This document shows, piece after piece, positions 1 through 19,680 of a stretch of 35,188 nt of DNA. The notes below the pieces were generated by a model that saw only the letters and a program-made list of their open reading frames with translations, searched no databases and was not told the origin of the DNA. The DNA is from Scenedesmus sp. PABB004 (lineage: Eukaryota): positions 868,001 through 903,188 of the forward strand of contig JABVCE010000015.1 in the NCBI GenBank assembly GCA_014905635.1, read 5' to 3'. Within the stretch, counting starts at the first letter, position 1. Every line of letters begins with the position of its first letter. Made by a program: the position numbers and the translations under genes.

Positions 1-1292
1 GGCGCCGCCGGCAGACGGCGGCGGCTGCTCAATCAGGTACAGCCGCTCCGCGCCGCCGCCGCCGCTTCTACTGCCGCCGCCGCTGCCGCTGCCGCTGCTG
101 CCGCCGCCGCGCTTCCAGCGGCTGCTGCCGATGCCCGCCGCCAGCAGGCGCGCCTGCAGCTTGAGCAGCTGCGGCGGCGGCGCGGGCAGGTACAGCGTGT
201 CTGCCTCGGCTGCACCCGCTGCGGCCGTGCTGCCGGAGCCACCGCCGCCGCCGCTGCCCTCGCCGGCGCCGGCCAGCCAGGCGCTTATCGTCTCCTCCAG
301 CTGCGCCACCAGGCACGCCTCGTCCGGGTCGTCCAGGTCAACCGACGCGTCGCCACCGCCGCTGCTGCCGCTGCTGCCGCCGCCGCCGCCGCTGCCGCGC
401 GCGCCGCTGCCGCTCCCGCCCGCACGCAGCTGGCGGTCGCGCCAGGAGAGGGGCAGGAAGGGGACGCCCTCGTACACCATCTTTAACACGCGGCGGCGGC
501 GGCGGCGGCGGCGGCGGTTGTGGCGGCGGCGCGGGCGCTGCCGCGGCGCGGGCGCTGCTGTGGCGCGGGCGCTGCCGCGCCGCGCTGCGGCCGCCGCTGC
601 GACCGCCGCTGCGGCCGCCGCCGCGGCCGCCGCCGCCGGCGGCGCACCCGGTTGAAGTCAAAGCCCTGCTCCGCGAGGAAGGCGAGCGCGGAGGCCTGGC
701 ACATGAACCGCGCGTCGACGTCCTCCGTGGGCGAGGGGAAGAGCGTGAAGTTGAACGACCGCGCCTCGTAGGCGCCGCCGGCCCAGGTGAAGCAGCTGAG
801 CCCAAACTGGGTCACCAGGAACTGCTCCGCCGCGGCGGCGGCCTTGGCGTATCGGTCGTCGACGTCGTCCGCCGCGTAGTCCTCCTGGCCCGCCAGGAAG
901 AGGCCCGACATCTCGCAGTCGAACGCCCAGAACTGGCAGCTCGCGAGCGCGGCCGCCACGGCCGGCAGCGCGGCCGCAAAGTTGGACCGCGTCACCTGCA
1001 GCGGCGGCGGCGCCGCCGCGCCCGCACCGGCCGCTGCTGCTGCTGCAGCTGCTGCTTGGGCTGCTGCTTCGCCGGCCGAGGGACCAGCGGCGGCGGCGGC
1101 GGCGGCGGCCGGGCCGAGCGCCGGCCGCCGCGCCGCTGCTGCTGCCGCCGCGCCAGCGCGCAGGCGCCGCTGCTGGCGCTGCGGCTGAGCTGACGGCGCT
1201 CCGGGAGCGCAGTGAGACCGCAGCGCTGCGCGCGGCGCCCCACGCGGCCCCCTGGCCGCGGGGCGGGCGGCCCCAAGCTCGCGGAGCTTCAT
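1..1292 (-). CDS. PARN: Poly(A)-specific ribonuclease PARN / CAF1-family DEDD deadenylase, 5' part; exons 1292-648 and 480-<1, gene continues beyond the window
   Basis: Translation gives VTRSNF...FWAFDCEMSGL (DEDD motif I), then QFGLSCF, FNFTLFP and FMCQASALAFLAEQGFDFNR|MVYEGVPFL, matching the PARN N-terminal nuclease domain. GT-AG intron at 647-481. The start at 1292 is the nearest in-frame ATG and is uncertain. Confidence 0.85.
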
Positions 1293-1551
1293 CGGCCCCG
1301 ACGCGCCGCGCCAGCTGCTGCGCACGCCACAGGAGCTCCGCGAGCCTCCCGGCCGCCGAACGGCAGCGCACAGTCCTCGCCGCGCCGGTGTGTCTGGCGG
1401 CGGCGACGCGTGCGGCAGCGGCGCCGCTGGCTGCTGGCCGGCCACGGCTGAGCCGGCGCGTAAGCGAGTGGCTGCGGGCTTGCGCTCGGCGCAGTGCGCC
1501 CACGGTTCGGGCGGGGCTCTATTGCAGCGCGCCGGCGGCTTGAGCCCTGCC

Positions 1552-3353
1552 TCACCGAAGCTTGGCCTTGCGCGCGCGCGCGCCGGCCGCGGTGTCGCCC
1601 GCGGCCTCCGCGGCGCGCGCCAAGAAGCGCTCCCACAGCAGGACCTCCGCCCAGTTGGCCAGCAGCCCCCGGTCGTACGGCCGCGGCGGCGGCGCGACGG
1701 CCGGCCGCGCACGCCGCCGCGTGCGCCACCAGCCGCCTCCCGCGCCGCCGCCGCCGCCCGCTGCCTCGGCCGCTGCCTCGGCCGCGGCGTCGGCCTCGGC
1801 GCGCGCGGCGCGGTGCAGTGCGGCGGCGCGGAAGGTCTCGTAGGTGGTGGTCCCCCGGCTGATGAGGGCGGCCTGGTGCGCGAGCAGGCCTGAGAGCAGC
1901 GCCCCCGCGGCGACCATGAACCCCAGCAGGGCCAGGGGGACCGGGTAGAAGGCGAGCAGCCACTCCAGCAGCCTGGCAGGGTTCAGGGCGCGGGGCGGAG
2001 GCGGGGCGGGGCGGACGGCAGCGAGTTGGGTGCCGCTGCGCGCGCGGGCTGCGCCTGGCCTCTCCGAGGCCGGGCTGGCCAGGGGCGCGCGGGGTGGGGG
2101 TGGGTGGGTGGGTGGGTGGGTGGGGGCGGGGCGCACCGCGCTGGCCGGGTGTAGAGGGGGACGCGCGCGCGCAGGGCGGGGTCGTAGACGTAGCTGCGGC
2201 GCGAGTGGGTGCGTGCGTGTGGGTGGGCGGAGGGCGGGGCGGCGACGCGGCGAGAGGCCGCACGCTGGTACGGCAGCGCCCGCGCGCGCGCTCACACGTC
2301 GAGCATGCCGCGGCGCTGCAGCTCGCCCGCGAGCGTCGCGGCGCCGAGCGCGGCGCCGTAGGCGCACAGCGCGGCGTGGGCGGCGAGGAAGGCCAGGAAG
2401 GTCCGGGTGTTGGCGAGGCCGACGCAGTTGTTGATCCAGCCGCAGTGGTGGTCAAACCGCGCGATGCAGCTGCGGGCGCGGCCGCGGGCAGGGGGCGCGG
2501 CATGTGGGTTTGAGCGGGCGCGGCGCGGGAGGTCGAGCGGGCGCGGCGCGATGGGCCGTGTGCGTCGCGCCGCGTCGCACCCGCCGCACGCGCCGCAGTG
2601 CTTTGACCGCCCCGGGCGCGCGCGGGCGCAGGTGGCGCAGGCCTTTGGGGGAAACAGAAGGCCGTCGGGCGGGTGTGCGGCCAGGTGGGCGGCCGCCGTG
2701 TCGGCCGTGATGCGCCCCGGGTCGGAGAGGCTCGCCGCGACAAACAGCGACAGCGCGCCGCACACCGCGGCCGTCCCCGTGAAGCTGTGGCGGCCGCGGG
2801 GCGGCAGGAAGGGGCGGCGGGCGGCGGCGGGGGAGGCGAAACGCTCGGCGGCGGGGCCGCCGCAGCGTCCGCGGCGTCTGCCTGAGCGCCGCGCGCCGCC
2901 GCGCCGCGGCCGCTCACACGTGGGTCTCGCCCACAAACGCGTTGGGCAGCAGGCGCAGCAGGTGGTGCCAGTAGAGGCCATACCCGCCGGTCATGATGCC
3001 CAGGTAGGCCACCTGGCGGCGAGAGCGTTATCTTGTTATTGCGGCGGCGTTCAAACCCGCGCGCCGACAGCCGCCCCCGGGCGCGGCGCCGGGGCGGCGG
3101 CGGCGCGCGCCTGCAGCGTGGGGTTGCGCCGCTCGCAGCAGCACTCGGTCGCGGCGTCGAGCGCGCGCAGGCCGCGCTCGCCGCACACGCGCGACACGGC
3201 GGCCTCCAGGCCGGTCGCCCAGCCCTCGGTGAGCAGCCAGCGCGCCCACGACACGGGCGTGCCCGCAAACAGGGGCGCCTCGCCGCAGAGCAGCACGAAG
3301 ACGAGCGCCGCCGCAAAGCCCGCGTACGCAAAGGCGAGCGTGGCGACGTCCAT
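1552..3353 (-). CDS. DHHC-type zinc-finger protein S-acyltransferase (palmitoyltransferase), SWF1/ZDHHC4-like, multi-exon
   Basis: Exons give MDVATLAFAY...CCERRNPTLQ, SDPGRIT, CATCARARPGRSKHCGACG|CIARFDHHCGWINNCVG (DHHC cysteine-rich domain), transmembrane segments, GTTTYETF (TTxE motif) and PYDRGLLANWAEVL. Stop TGA at 1554-1552. The first intron has a GC donor at 3110. Confidence 0.93.
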
Positions 3354-3403
<50 letters not shown>

Positions 3404-3911
3404 ATGACGATGTTGTGTGGGCTGCTGGGCCGCCCGGCAGCAGCAGCGCCGCTGCTCCGCGCCCCGCGCGCGAAGCAGCGGCGGCGGACGGCGCGGCTGG
3501 CGCTGGGGCCCGGCGCAGCACTGGCCCGCGCGTGGCGGATGCACGGGATCCGGCGGAGTGCTGGGACGCTGTGCGGAGCCGCGCAGCCCGGCGTCGGCGT
3601 CGGCGCGCTTCAAGCGAAAGCGACAGACGCGCTGCGCGGCCGCTCCCTTCGCAGCTGGGCGCCCGTCCTCAGCGCGACCGCACCGTGCCGGAGCTACGCC
3701 GTCGGCCTGCCAGCGCGCGCCTCTACCGGTGCGTGGGGCCGCCCGGTGGTGCCGCCGCTGCTCGAGCGCCAACGCCGCCGCCGCGGCGCAGCAGCCGCCT
3801 GTTCCGCGGCCCTCGCTCCTGCGTGCTCCTGGCCCATCGCACGCCTTGCCTGGGAGCCGAGCGCCCTGCCTCGGCCCCGCGCCAGCCCGGCGCGGCGGCG
3901 GCGCGCTGCCC
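3354..3911. promoter_or_regulatory. Short head-to-head intergenic region, probable bidirectional promoter for DHHC and CEP44
   Basis: Divergent start codons at 3353 (-) and 3912 (+) lie about 560 bp apart. No specific motif was identified. Confidence 0.45.
3355..3407 (+). repeat. Compound (GCT)n(GAT)n microsatellite immediately 5' of the DHHC start codon
   Basis: Directly visible gctgct...gatgat run. Confidence 0.9.
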
Positions 3912-6157
3912 ATGGCGACCGGCGACCTGCGCGGCAACATCGCGCAGCTGGGGCGCTGCCTGAAGCACCTCAAGTATCCCTCGCCCCTGGACGAAGTCGG
4001 GTGCGCGGCGCGGCGCGCGCGCGCTCGCCGCGGCCCGCCGCCAGCGCAGCGCCCGCCCAGCGCAGCGCCCGCACGCCCCGCGCGCCGCGGCCGCAGGCTG
4101 ACGCTGGGCGACCCGCTGGCGGCGCTGCCGGTGCTGCACTATGCGCTGCTGCGGTACAGCCGCCACGTGGCCGCGTTTGTGCTCAAGCAGGGCGTCCAGG
4201 TGCGCGGGCGGCGCCTGGGTGCCTGGCCGTGGTGGCGCGCAGCCGCGCGGCGGCCGCCTCGCTGCTGAGACCCTGCGCGGGCGTCCGCGCTGCCGCCGCC
4301 GGGCCCGCGCAGCTGCAGGGCAAGACGGACGAGGGCTTTGTGCGCGGCGCGCTGCGCCTCGCGCGCGAGCACCTCGGCCTGCGCGTGATGCTCACGCCTG
4401 CGCAGTTCCTGGAACAGGCGCGCGGCGGCGCGGCAGCAGCGGCAGCAGCGGCAGCAGTGGCAGCGGCCCAGCGCGGCGCAGCGGGCCGGCTGCCGCGGCC
4501 AACCCACCTGTCGCGCCCGCGCAGGGTTTTGCCGAGCGCAAGGTGCTGCTGCTGTGTGACGTGGTGCAGGCCGCGCGCGGCGTGCACGCGGCAGGAGCCA
4601 AGGCTGAGCGCGCGGCGCAGGCCGCCGCGAACCGGCAGGTGGGTCTCGCGAGCGCCGGCGCGCGCAGGGGCGCGTGCAGCAGAGCCCCACGCACACCAGC
4701 GCGCGTCGCCGCCGCCGCTCCCGCCTGGCTCCCCGCCGCCGCAGAGCCCCGCCAAGCTGGCCGCCGGCGCGGGCTCGCCACCGCCGGCGCTGGCGGTGCA
4801 GCGCGGCGGCGGCGCGGCAGCGGGCGTGCGCGTGCGCAAGCTGCCGCTGCCGGGCGCCACGCATGGTTCGCAGGCACTGTATGAGACGCTGCCGTCGCCC
4901 GCCAGCCCCACCGGCCCCGCGTCGCCGAGCGGCGGCGCCTGGCAGCTGGAGGCGGCGGCGCGGCGCGTCATTGCCAGCAGCCCGGCAGCACAGCGAGCCG
5001 CTGCGCGGCGCAGCGCCGCCGCCAGCCCCGCCGCGCAGCGGTCGGCTCGGCGCTCCCCCGGCCAGCAGCCGGGCAGCGACACCCCGCGGGCGCGGTCGCT
5101 TGACGCCCACCGGGCGCGACCGGCGGCCGACCAGCTGGTGGCCGCGGGACTGCTGCCGCTGCCGTGGGCCCGGCAGCAGTCGCCGGCACAGCTCAGCAGC
5201 AGTGGCAGCAGCCCCGTGGGCGCCGCACCGCTCGGCGGCGGCAGCCCGCTGCCGGCGCAGCCGCCGGACGCGCCCGCCGCCGGCGCGTGGGGCGGCCCCG
5301 CGCCGCAGCCGGGCGAGACTCTGGCGCAGCAGCCGCTGGAGCGGCGGCCCATCCGCGCCTACCTGTGGCCACCGTCGGGCCAGGCTGGCGGCGGCGACGC
5401 AGCGCCAGGCGCGCCGCATGCTGCACAGGGCGGCGGCGTGGCCGCGCTGCAGCAGCAGCTGGCGGACGCGGAGGCGGCGGTGGCCGACCTGCGGGCGCGG
5501 CTGGAGCTGGCGGAGCAGCAGCTGGACGAGCAGAGGGCTGCCGCGCGCAGCTTTGAGGAGGCCACCAGCGCGCGCGTGACGCTGCTGGAGGGGCGGTTGC
5601 GGTTTCTCGAAAACGCACAGCACCAGCACCAGCACCAGCACCAGCAGCAGCAGCACCAGCAGCAGCACCAGCAGCAGCACCAGCAGCAGCAGCGGGCGGT
5701 GGTGGCGGTGCCCTGGGCGGCGTCGCCCGTGCGGAGCGCCGTCGCCGAGGGCGGCGGGCGGCCAGGCAGCCTCGGCCGCGGCGCGGCGGCCGGCAGCACG
5801 CCCGTGCGGGGCGCGGAGCGGCCCGTGGCAGTGGCCGACGCGCCGCGGCCGCCGCGCAGCCCGAGCGCGAGCCCCGCCGCGGCGCGGCGAGGCGGCGCGC
5901 TGGCGTGGCCGGCAGCCGCTGCCGGCGGGGGCGAGCCGGCGGAGCCGCGCAGCAACGCCTGGGGCGCGCCCGGCTCCGGCGCAGCGGCCGCTGGCCGCGG
6001 CCCCGCCGCCAGCCCTGCCGCCAGCCCTCCCGCCGGCGCGCGCCGGGCCGCGCCGGGCGGCCCGCCGCCGGCGCGCGTCGCGATCCAGCGGCTGGCCAGC
6101 CGGGCTGCGGAGGCTCAGGCGCTGCTCGACAGCATGCGCCTGGGCGGCGCGGTGTAA
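3912..6157 (+). CDS. CEP44: Centrosomal protein CEP44 homologue; exons 3912-4000, 4097-4199, 4313-4417, 4525-4638, 4745-6157
   Basis: The spliced N-terminus MATGDLRGNIAQLGRCLKHLKYP...LGDPLAALPVLHYALLRYS...KTDEGFV...LTPAQFLEQGFAERKVLLLCD matches the CEP44 domain (MATGDL...GDP...F...GFAE.K...CD). A later coiled coil ends in RVTLLEGRLRFLE. Stop TAA at 6155-6157. Confidence 0.88.
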
Positions 6158-6628
6158 GAGAGGCCGCGGCGGCGTCGGCCTGCGAGGCAGCGGCGCGCGC
6201 TGCCACCCGCCGCCTGCAACCGTCTGCCAGGGACCCCCACGCGCCGCGCTGGGCACCGCTGCGTGCTGGGCGGCCGGTGGCCGTTCGAGAGCGCCGCTGC
6301 AGCGCGCGCCACGTCGGGGCGGGGCGATGCGGCGGCGGCCATGCGGCACACAGTATCCGGGCGCCGCGACCGGGCCCGGTGCGCCGCTGGGCGGGGCCAC
6401 CGATGCGGGGACGCGCAGCTACGTTTTTTGGGGCCGCACCGAGGCGGCAGGACGTGCCGGGGGCGTGGAAGCTTTGGCGACTAACAGGGCAGGGTTGCGA
6501 CGCCTGCGCGCCGCGCCCGCGCTCCCCAGGCGGCGCTCCGCGCACGGCGCGTCACTCCCGGGCTCCACGAGCCGCCACGCCGCACTTTGCGGGCCCATGC
6601 GCTGAAGCAGGGGACCTGCAGCTGCGCC

Positions 6629-15010
<8,382 letters not shown>

Positions 15011-15853
15011 GCAGCAGCCCGCTGACGGGCCACGGCTGGCGCGCCGGCCAGCTGTGCCAGCGGCGCGGCGGGGCCACGCCCAGCCGCGGCGCGCCCAGCG
15101 CCGAGCACCCGGCCTCACGGGGGCGCGCGCGCCGAGGCTGCCGCGCGGACGGGCGGGGGCGGGGCCGGGGGGCGCGGGGGCGGGGGCGGGGGGCGGGGCG
15201 GGGCGCAACGCGGGGGCCGGCCGGCGGGACGCGCCGCGGCGGCGGCGCGCGCGCCACCCCCTGGTGGCGCCGCGCGGCGCCGCCCGCGGCGCGCGCGCGC
15301 ACGCGGCCGCGCGAGCTGCGGCCCGTGGCAGCGGGCGCCGCTGCCTGGGCCGCCGCCGCGGTCGGCGCTTTTTCCGAGGGCGTTTGGGCGCGGCGAGCGT
15401 TGTACGATACGGCTTGAGCGGCGGGGCGCAGGCATGGCAGCGGCGGCGGGCGGCGGCCGGGACTTGCTTGTGGCTGCGCCAACCAAACAAAACGCGGCGC
15501 GACGCGGCGGGCACGCATTGGCATTGCACGCGCGCGCCCCAGCAGCGCTGCCCTGCCCCCGCCGCGGCGGGCGGCGCACTGCACTGGGCGCGCGCCGACT
15601 GAGTGAGCGCGCGGCAGAGCGTGTTTAACCCTTGAACCCTGCGGCTGCGGAGAGCGGCGCGCACAGCACGTGCGAGCTTCCCCTCAGCTGCAGAGCCACG
15701 CCAGCAGCACGCCGGCCCGCGGCCCGCCGCCGCCACAAACGCTCCGCCGCTGCTCGCGGCCGTTGCCGCGCCGCCTGGGCCGCTGCACCTGCGCGCACTC
15801 ACCACCGCGCACGTGACCGATCAAACGACTCGTCGCGACGCTCGACCCGCCTG

Positions 15854-15969
15854 ATGCGCGGCCTGATGCGCGGCCAGCGCGGCGCGGGCCTGCTGCTGGC
15901 GCTGGCGCTGGCGCTGGTGCCCTGGCGCGCAGCCTCAGCCGCGCCTGGCCCACTCGCGCGTCCGGGAGA

Positions 15970-16020
<51 letters not shown>

Positions 16021-17244
16021 CCAGCAGCAGCAGCGGCAGCAGCAGCAGCAGCCGGAGAGCTTCAGCCTGCGCCACGCGCCGCCGGGCGCAGCGGCGGCGG
16101 TGCAGGTGCCCTTCCTGGCCTGGCGCGGCGACCCGAAGGCCCCCGGCGCCGCCCGCCTGCCGGTTGTGTTCGTGCTGAACGGGGCCAACGTCGAGGCGAG
16201 GGACTACGGCGCGCTCGCGGCGCGCCTGGCGGCGCGCGGGTACAGCGTGGTCGCGGCCGACCTGTGGCGCCCGCTGCCCGCCGCGCTGCGCGCGTGCGTC
16301 ACCGCGGCGCCGGGGCAGCAGCGCTGGACGCTGCCGCCCGGCTGCCCGCGCGACGCGCTGCTCACGCCGAGCGCGGCGCTGCTGCGCACGTTCCTGGACG
16401 GCGCCGCCGCGGCGCCGCGCGCCGGCCTGACCGCGGCCGACGTGCGCGCGCGCGGCGTGGTGCTGCTGGGGCACAGCATGGGCGGCGCCGTCGCGGCCGA
16501 GGTGCTGGCGGGGCGCTGCGCAGCGCCGCGCGCAACGGCCGCGCGCAACGGCAGCGCGCCCGCCGCGCCGGCGGCGCCGCCGCTCGACTACTGCGAGGGC
16601 GTGCAGCCGACGCTGCGCGCGGCGGCCTGCGGCGAAGCCGGCGGGCAGCCCGCCGGCGCCAGCCCGGGGCTGGTGCTCGGGGCGGTGCTGTTTGAGGGCT
16701 ACGCGAGCTGCCCCGTGCCCGCGGCGGCGCCGCCCGGCGGCGGCGGCGGCGGTGGCGGCGCCAACGCGTGCGGCGGCGGCGGCGGCGGCGGCGGCTGGGC
16801 GCCCGCGGGCGTGGCGCTGCGGCCGGGGGCTTCCTGCTTTACCTTGGCGGCGCCTGGGGGTGGCCCAAGACGCGGGCCGCGTTCGACGCGTCGCCCTCGC
16901 CGCCATGCGGGTGCGTCGGCCACGCCGCGTTTGCGGGGCTGAACCACTTTGGCGTGAACGACTTCCAGCGCGGCAGCCCGCGCCAGCTCACGCGCTGCGG
17001 GCGCGCCGCGGCGAGCGATCCGCTGGGCTACGCCACGACCCCGGCGCGCCACGCCGCGGCGCTGGACGCCATGGCGGCCCTGGTCGACCGCTTCGTGCGC
17101 GCCGCGGCGCTGCGCGACGGCGCCGCGCGCGCCGCGCTGCGCGGCGAGGCGGTCGCCGCGGGCGGCGGCGGCGGCGGGCCGCCGGCGGCGGCAGCGGCGG
17201 CGGGCGGCTACGCGCTGGCGCTCAAGCCGCACTGCTTCGAATGA
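15854..17244 (+). CDS. Alpha/beta hydrolase (chlorophyllase-like) with signal peptide and polyQ; apparent 1-nt frameshift at ~16826-16829
   Basis: Hydrophobic N-terminus (GLLLALALALVPW), PVVFVLNG...YGALAARLAARGYSVVA, and nucleophile elbow GHSMGG. The C-terminal part with LNHFGVND (candidate catalytic His) is in another frame and joins if G5 at 16825-16829 is read as G6. Confidence 0.7.
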
Positions 17245-18060
17245 AACAGCGCGGCCCGCGCGCCCGAGACCAAGCTCGCCCCCCGACCGGCTGGCGCGCT
17301 CCGCCGGCAAGCGCGGGCGGCGTGGCGGGCCGCGCGGGGCGGCGGCGGCACGGCGCGGAGGGAGCGGGCGGCGCGGCTGGTGTGCGTGCCGGGCGCCGGG
17401 CGGCAACAGGTTCAGGGCTCACGCCGCCGCTCTACCGCGTGTGCGTCCCGCACGCCGGCTACGCCCCGCACCCCTGCGCCTGGCACCTCACACGGATCAG
17501 CGGCAGGCGCGCCACAGCCGGCGGCAGCTCGCAACGCCCGCGCGCTCGAACGCCCGCGCCGCGCTCGCCGCAGCGCCGCAGCCGGCTCACGCTCGTCCCA
17601 GCCGGCGCCCAGGCGTGGCCGGCCCTCCGACCCGCCCGCCATGGTGGCCGCACCGCGCCCCCGCACGGGCCGCACGCGCGGCGGCGACAGCGGCGCGCGC
17701 CTGCTCCTGCGCAGCCGCCCGGCGTGGCGCGAGGTACGGGGATCTCGAGCTTCCGGGAGCAGGGGTGCCCCGCAGCACGGTGCAGCAAAGGGCCCGACAG
17801 CCCGGGCGCGCGGCTCCGAGCAGCAGCAGCGGCGGCGAAGCTCGAGCAGCAGCTGCTGGCCGCGGCGCGCGGCTGGCGGCGGCGCGCCAGCGGCTGGCGG
17901 CGGGGCTGGCGCCGGGCCGCCAGATCGCCGGCCAACTTGTAAGCCGGCAGCACGCGGCGCGCGCGGCGCCCGCTCCCGCCGATGTGCCCGCCGCGCACGC
18001 CCGCGCTGTGCGCCCCGCAGCAGGCGAGTCGGCGCAGCTGCGCGAAGCCCGGCCGCAGCC

Positions 18061-19368
18061 ATGGACTTGCTGGCGCAGGTGGAGGCGGCGGCGAGGGAGG
18101 GCGACGGCGCCGCGCTGAAGGCGCTGCTGGCGGCTGGCGCAGATGTGCACGCAGCCGACACCACCGGCTGCACGGCCCTGCGCAGCGCTGTGCTGGGCGA
18201 CCATGTGGGCGCGCTGCAGGCGCTGCTGGCGGCTGGCGCAGACGTTCACGCAGCCGACACCACCGGCTGGACAGCCCTGCACGCCGCTGCGCGCGCTGGC
18301 CACGTGGGCGCGCTGCAGGCGCTGCTGGCGGCTGGCGCAGACGTCCACGCAGCCAGCACCAACGGCGTGACAGCCCTGCACGCCGCTGCGAGCGCTGGCC
18401 ACGTGGGCGCGCTGCAGGCGCTGCTGGCGGCTGGCGCAGACGTCAACGCAGTTGACACCATCGGCTGGACGGCCCTGCGCAGCGCTGTGCTGGGCGACCA
18501 CGTGGGCGCGCTGCAGGCGCTGCTGGCGGCTGGCGCAGACGTTCACGCAGCCGACACCACCGGCTGGACGGCCCTGCACAGCGCTGTGCTGGGCGACCAC
18601 GTGGGCGCGCTGCAGGCGCTGCTGGCGGCTGGCGCAGACGTGCACGCAGCCGACACCACCGGCTGGACGGCCCTGCACAGCGCTGTGCTGGGCGACCACG
18701 TGGGCGCGCTGCAGGCGCTGCTGGCGGCTGGCGCAGACGTGCACGCAGCCGACACCACCGGCTGGACGGCCCTGCACAGCGCTGTGCTGGGCGACCACGT
18801 GGGCGCGCTGCAGGCGCTGCTGGCGGCTGGCGCAGACGTCAGCGCAGCCGACACCAACGGCGTGACAGCCCTGCACGTCGCAGCGCGCGCTGGCCACGTG
18901 GGCGCGCTGCAGGCGCTGCTGGCGGCTGGCGCAGACGTCAGCGCAGTCGAAACAGAAGGCCACACAACGCTGTCCAACGCTGCGTTTGGCGGCCACGCAG
19001 CGGCCGTGGCCGTGCTGCTGGCGGCCCCGGGCGCGGCGTGGTCCGGCTCACAGCTTGCGGATGCAGCAGACGCCGCCTTGACCGACGGCGGCGCTGCCAA
19101 CGAGGGGTGGCAGCAGGCTGCGGCGCTCGTGGCGCAGCGCCTGGCTGTCGCAGATCCGGCGGAGTTCTGCTCCCTCGTGTCTGGCACGCCCGCGGTGGCG
19201 GGGGCACTGGCGCAGGAGTGCGGCCGCCTCGCCGCCGAGCTGGCAGCGCAGCCCGCGCAGCTGGCGGCGGAGCGGGGCGAGCTGGCGGCGCAGCGCACCG
19301 CGCTGCAGCAGCTGCTCGTCGGCGTCTGCTGCGAGGCCAGGCGGGGGGCGGCCGGCGAGGAGGGCTGA
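18061..19368 (+). CDS. Intronless ankyrin-repeat protein with about 9 tandem 33-aa repeats and a C-terminal helical/coiled-coil segment
   Basis: Repeats of ALQALLAAGADVxAxDxxGxTALHxAxxxxHVG with 99-bp DNA periodicity at ~18112-19002. Stop TGA at 19366-19368. Confidence 0.92.
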   Translation: MDLLAQVEAAAREGDGAALKALLAAGADVHAADTTGCTALRSAVLGDHVGALQALLAAGADVHAADTTGWTALHAAARAGHVGALQALLAAGADVHAASTNGVTALHAAASAGHVGALQALLAAGADVNAVDTIGWTALRSAVLGDHVGALQALLAAGADVHAADTTGWTALHSAVLGDHVGALQALLAAGADVHAADTTGWTALHSAVLGDHVGALQALLAAGADVHAADTTGWTALHSAVLGDHVGALQALLAAGADVSAADTNGVTALHVAARAGHVGALQALLAAGADVSAVETEGHTTLSNAAFGGHAAAVAVLLAAPGAAWSGSQLADAADAALTDGGAANEGWQQAAALVAQRLAVADPAEFCSLVSGTPAVAGALAQECGRLAAELAAQPAQLAAERGELAAQRTALQQLLVGVCCEARRGAAGEEG

Positions 19369-19680
19369 GCCCCCGCCGGCCAAGCGCAGGCGCGCCGGTG
19401 GGGCGGTGAGGCGGCGGTGGCTCGGTGCAGGCGGCGAGTTGGGTGCGTGCATGCGCTGACGCGCAGCGAGGGCGCGCCGCGTGCCAGGGCTCAGGCAGCC
19501 GCTCAACCCTTAACCACGTTGTTGCGGTTGGCTCCGACTGCCCCGCCCGCCCGCATCTTGCCGGCGTGCTGGTCCGACGTCCAGTGTGTCCAGTCGCAGC
19601 ACGATCGGCCGGCGCGCCCGCCCCGAGGGCGGGCGCTTCTGCCGCAGCAGCGGCGCCGCCCGCCCCGCTGCCACGGCGCG

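Noticed and set aside
3386..3412. Poly-Met start of the 923-aa ORF 3386-6157
   Set aside because: It arises from the (GAT)n microsatellite. CEP44 homology begins at ATG 3912.
18112..19002. Regularly spaced repeats resembling a CRISPR array
   Set aside because: The period is 99 bp, in frame, and encodes ankyrin repeats. The context is eukaryotic and there are no cas genes.
19500..19520. aacccttaacc upstream of TERT (and aacccttgaaccct at ~15627) as a possible telomerase RNA template or telobox
   Set aside because: Imperfect match to CTAAACCCT, and I could see no USE/TATA promoter or poly-T terminator of a Pol III telomerase RNA gene.
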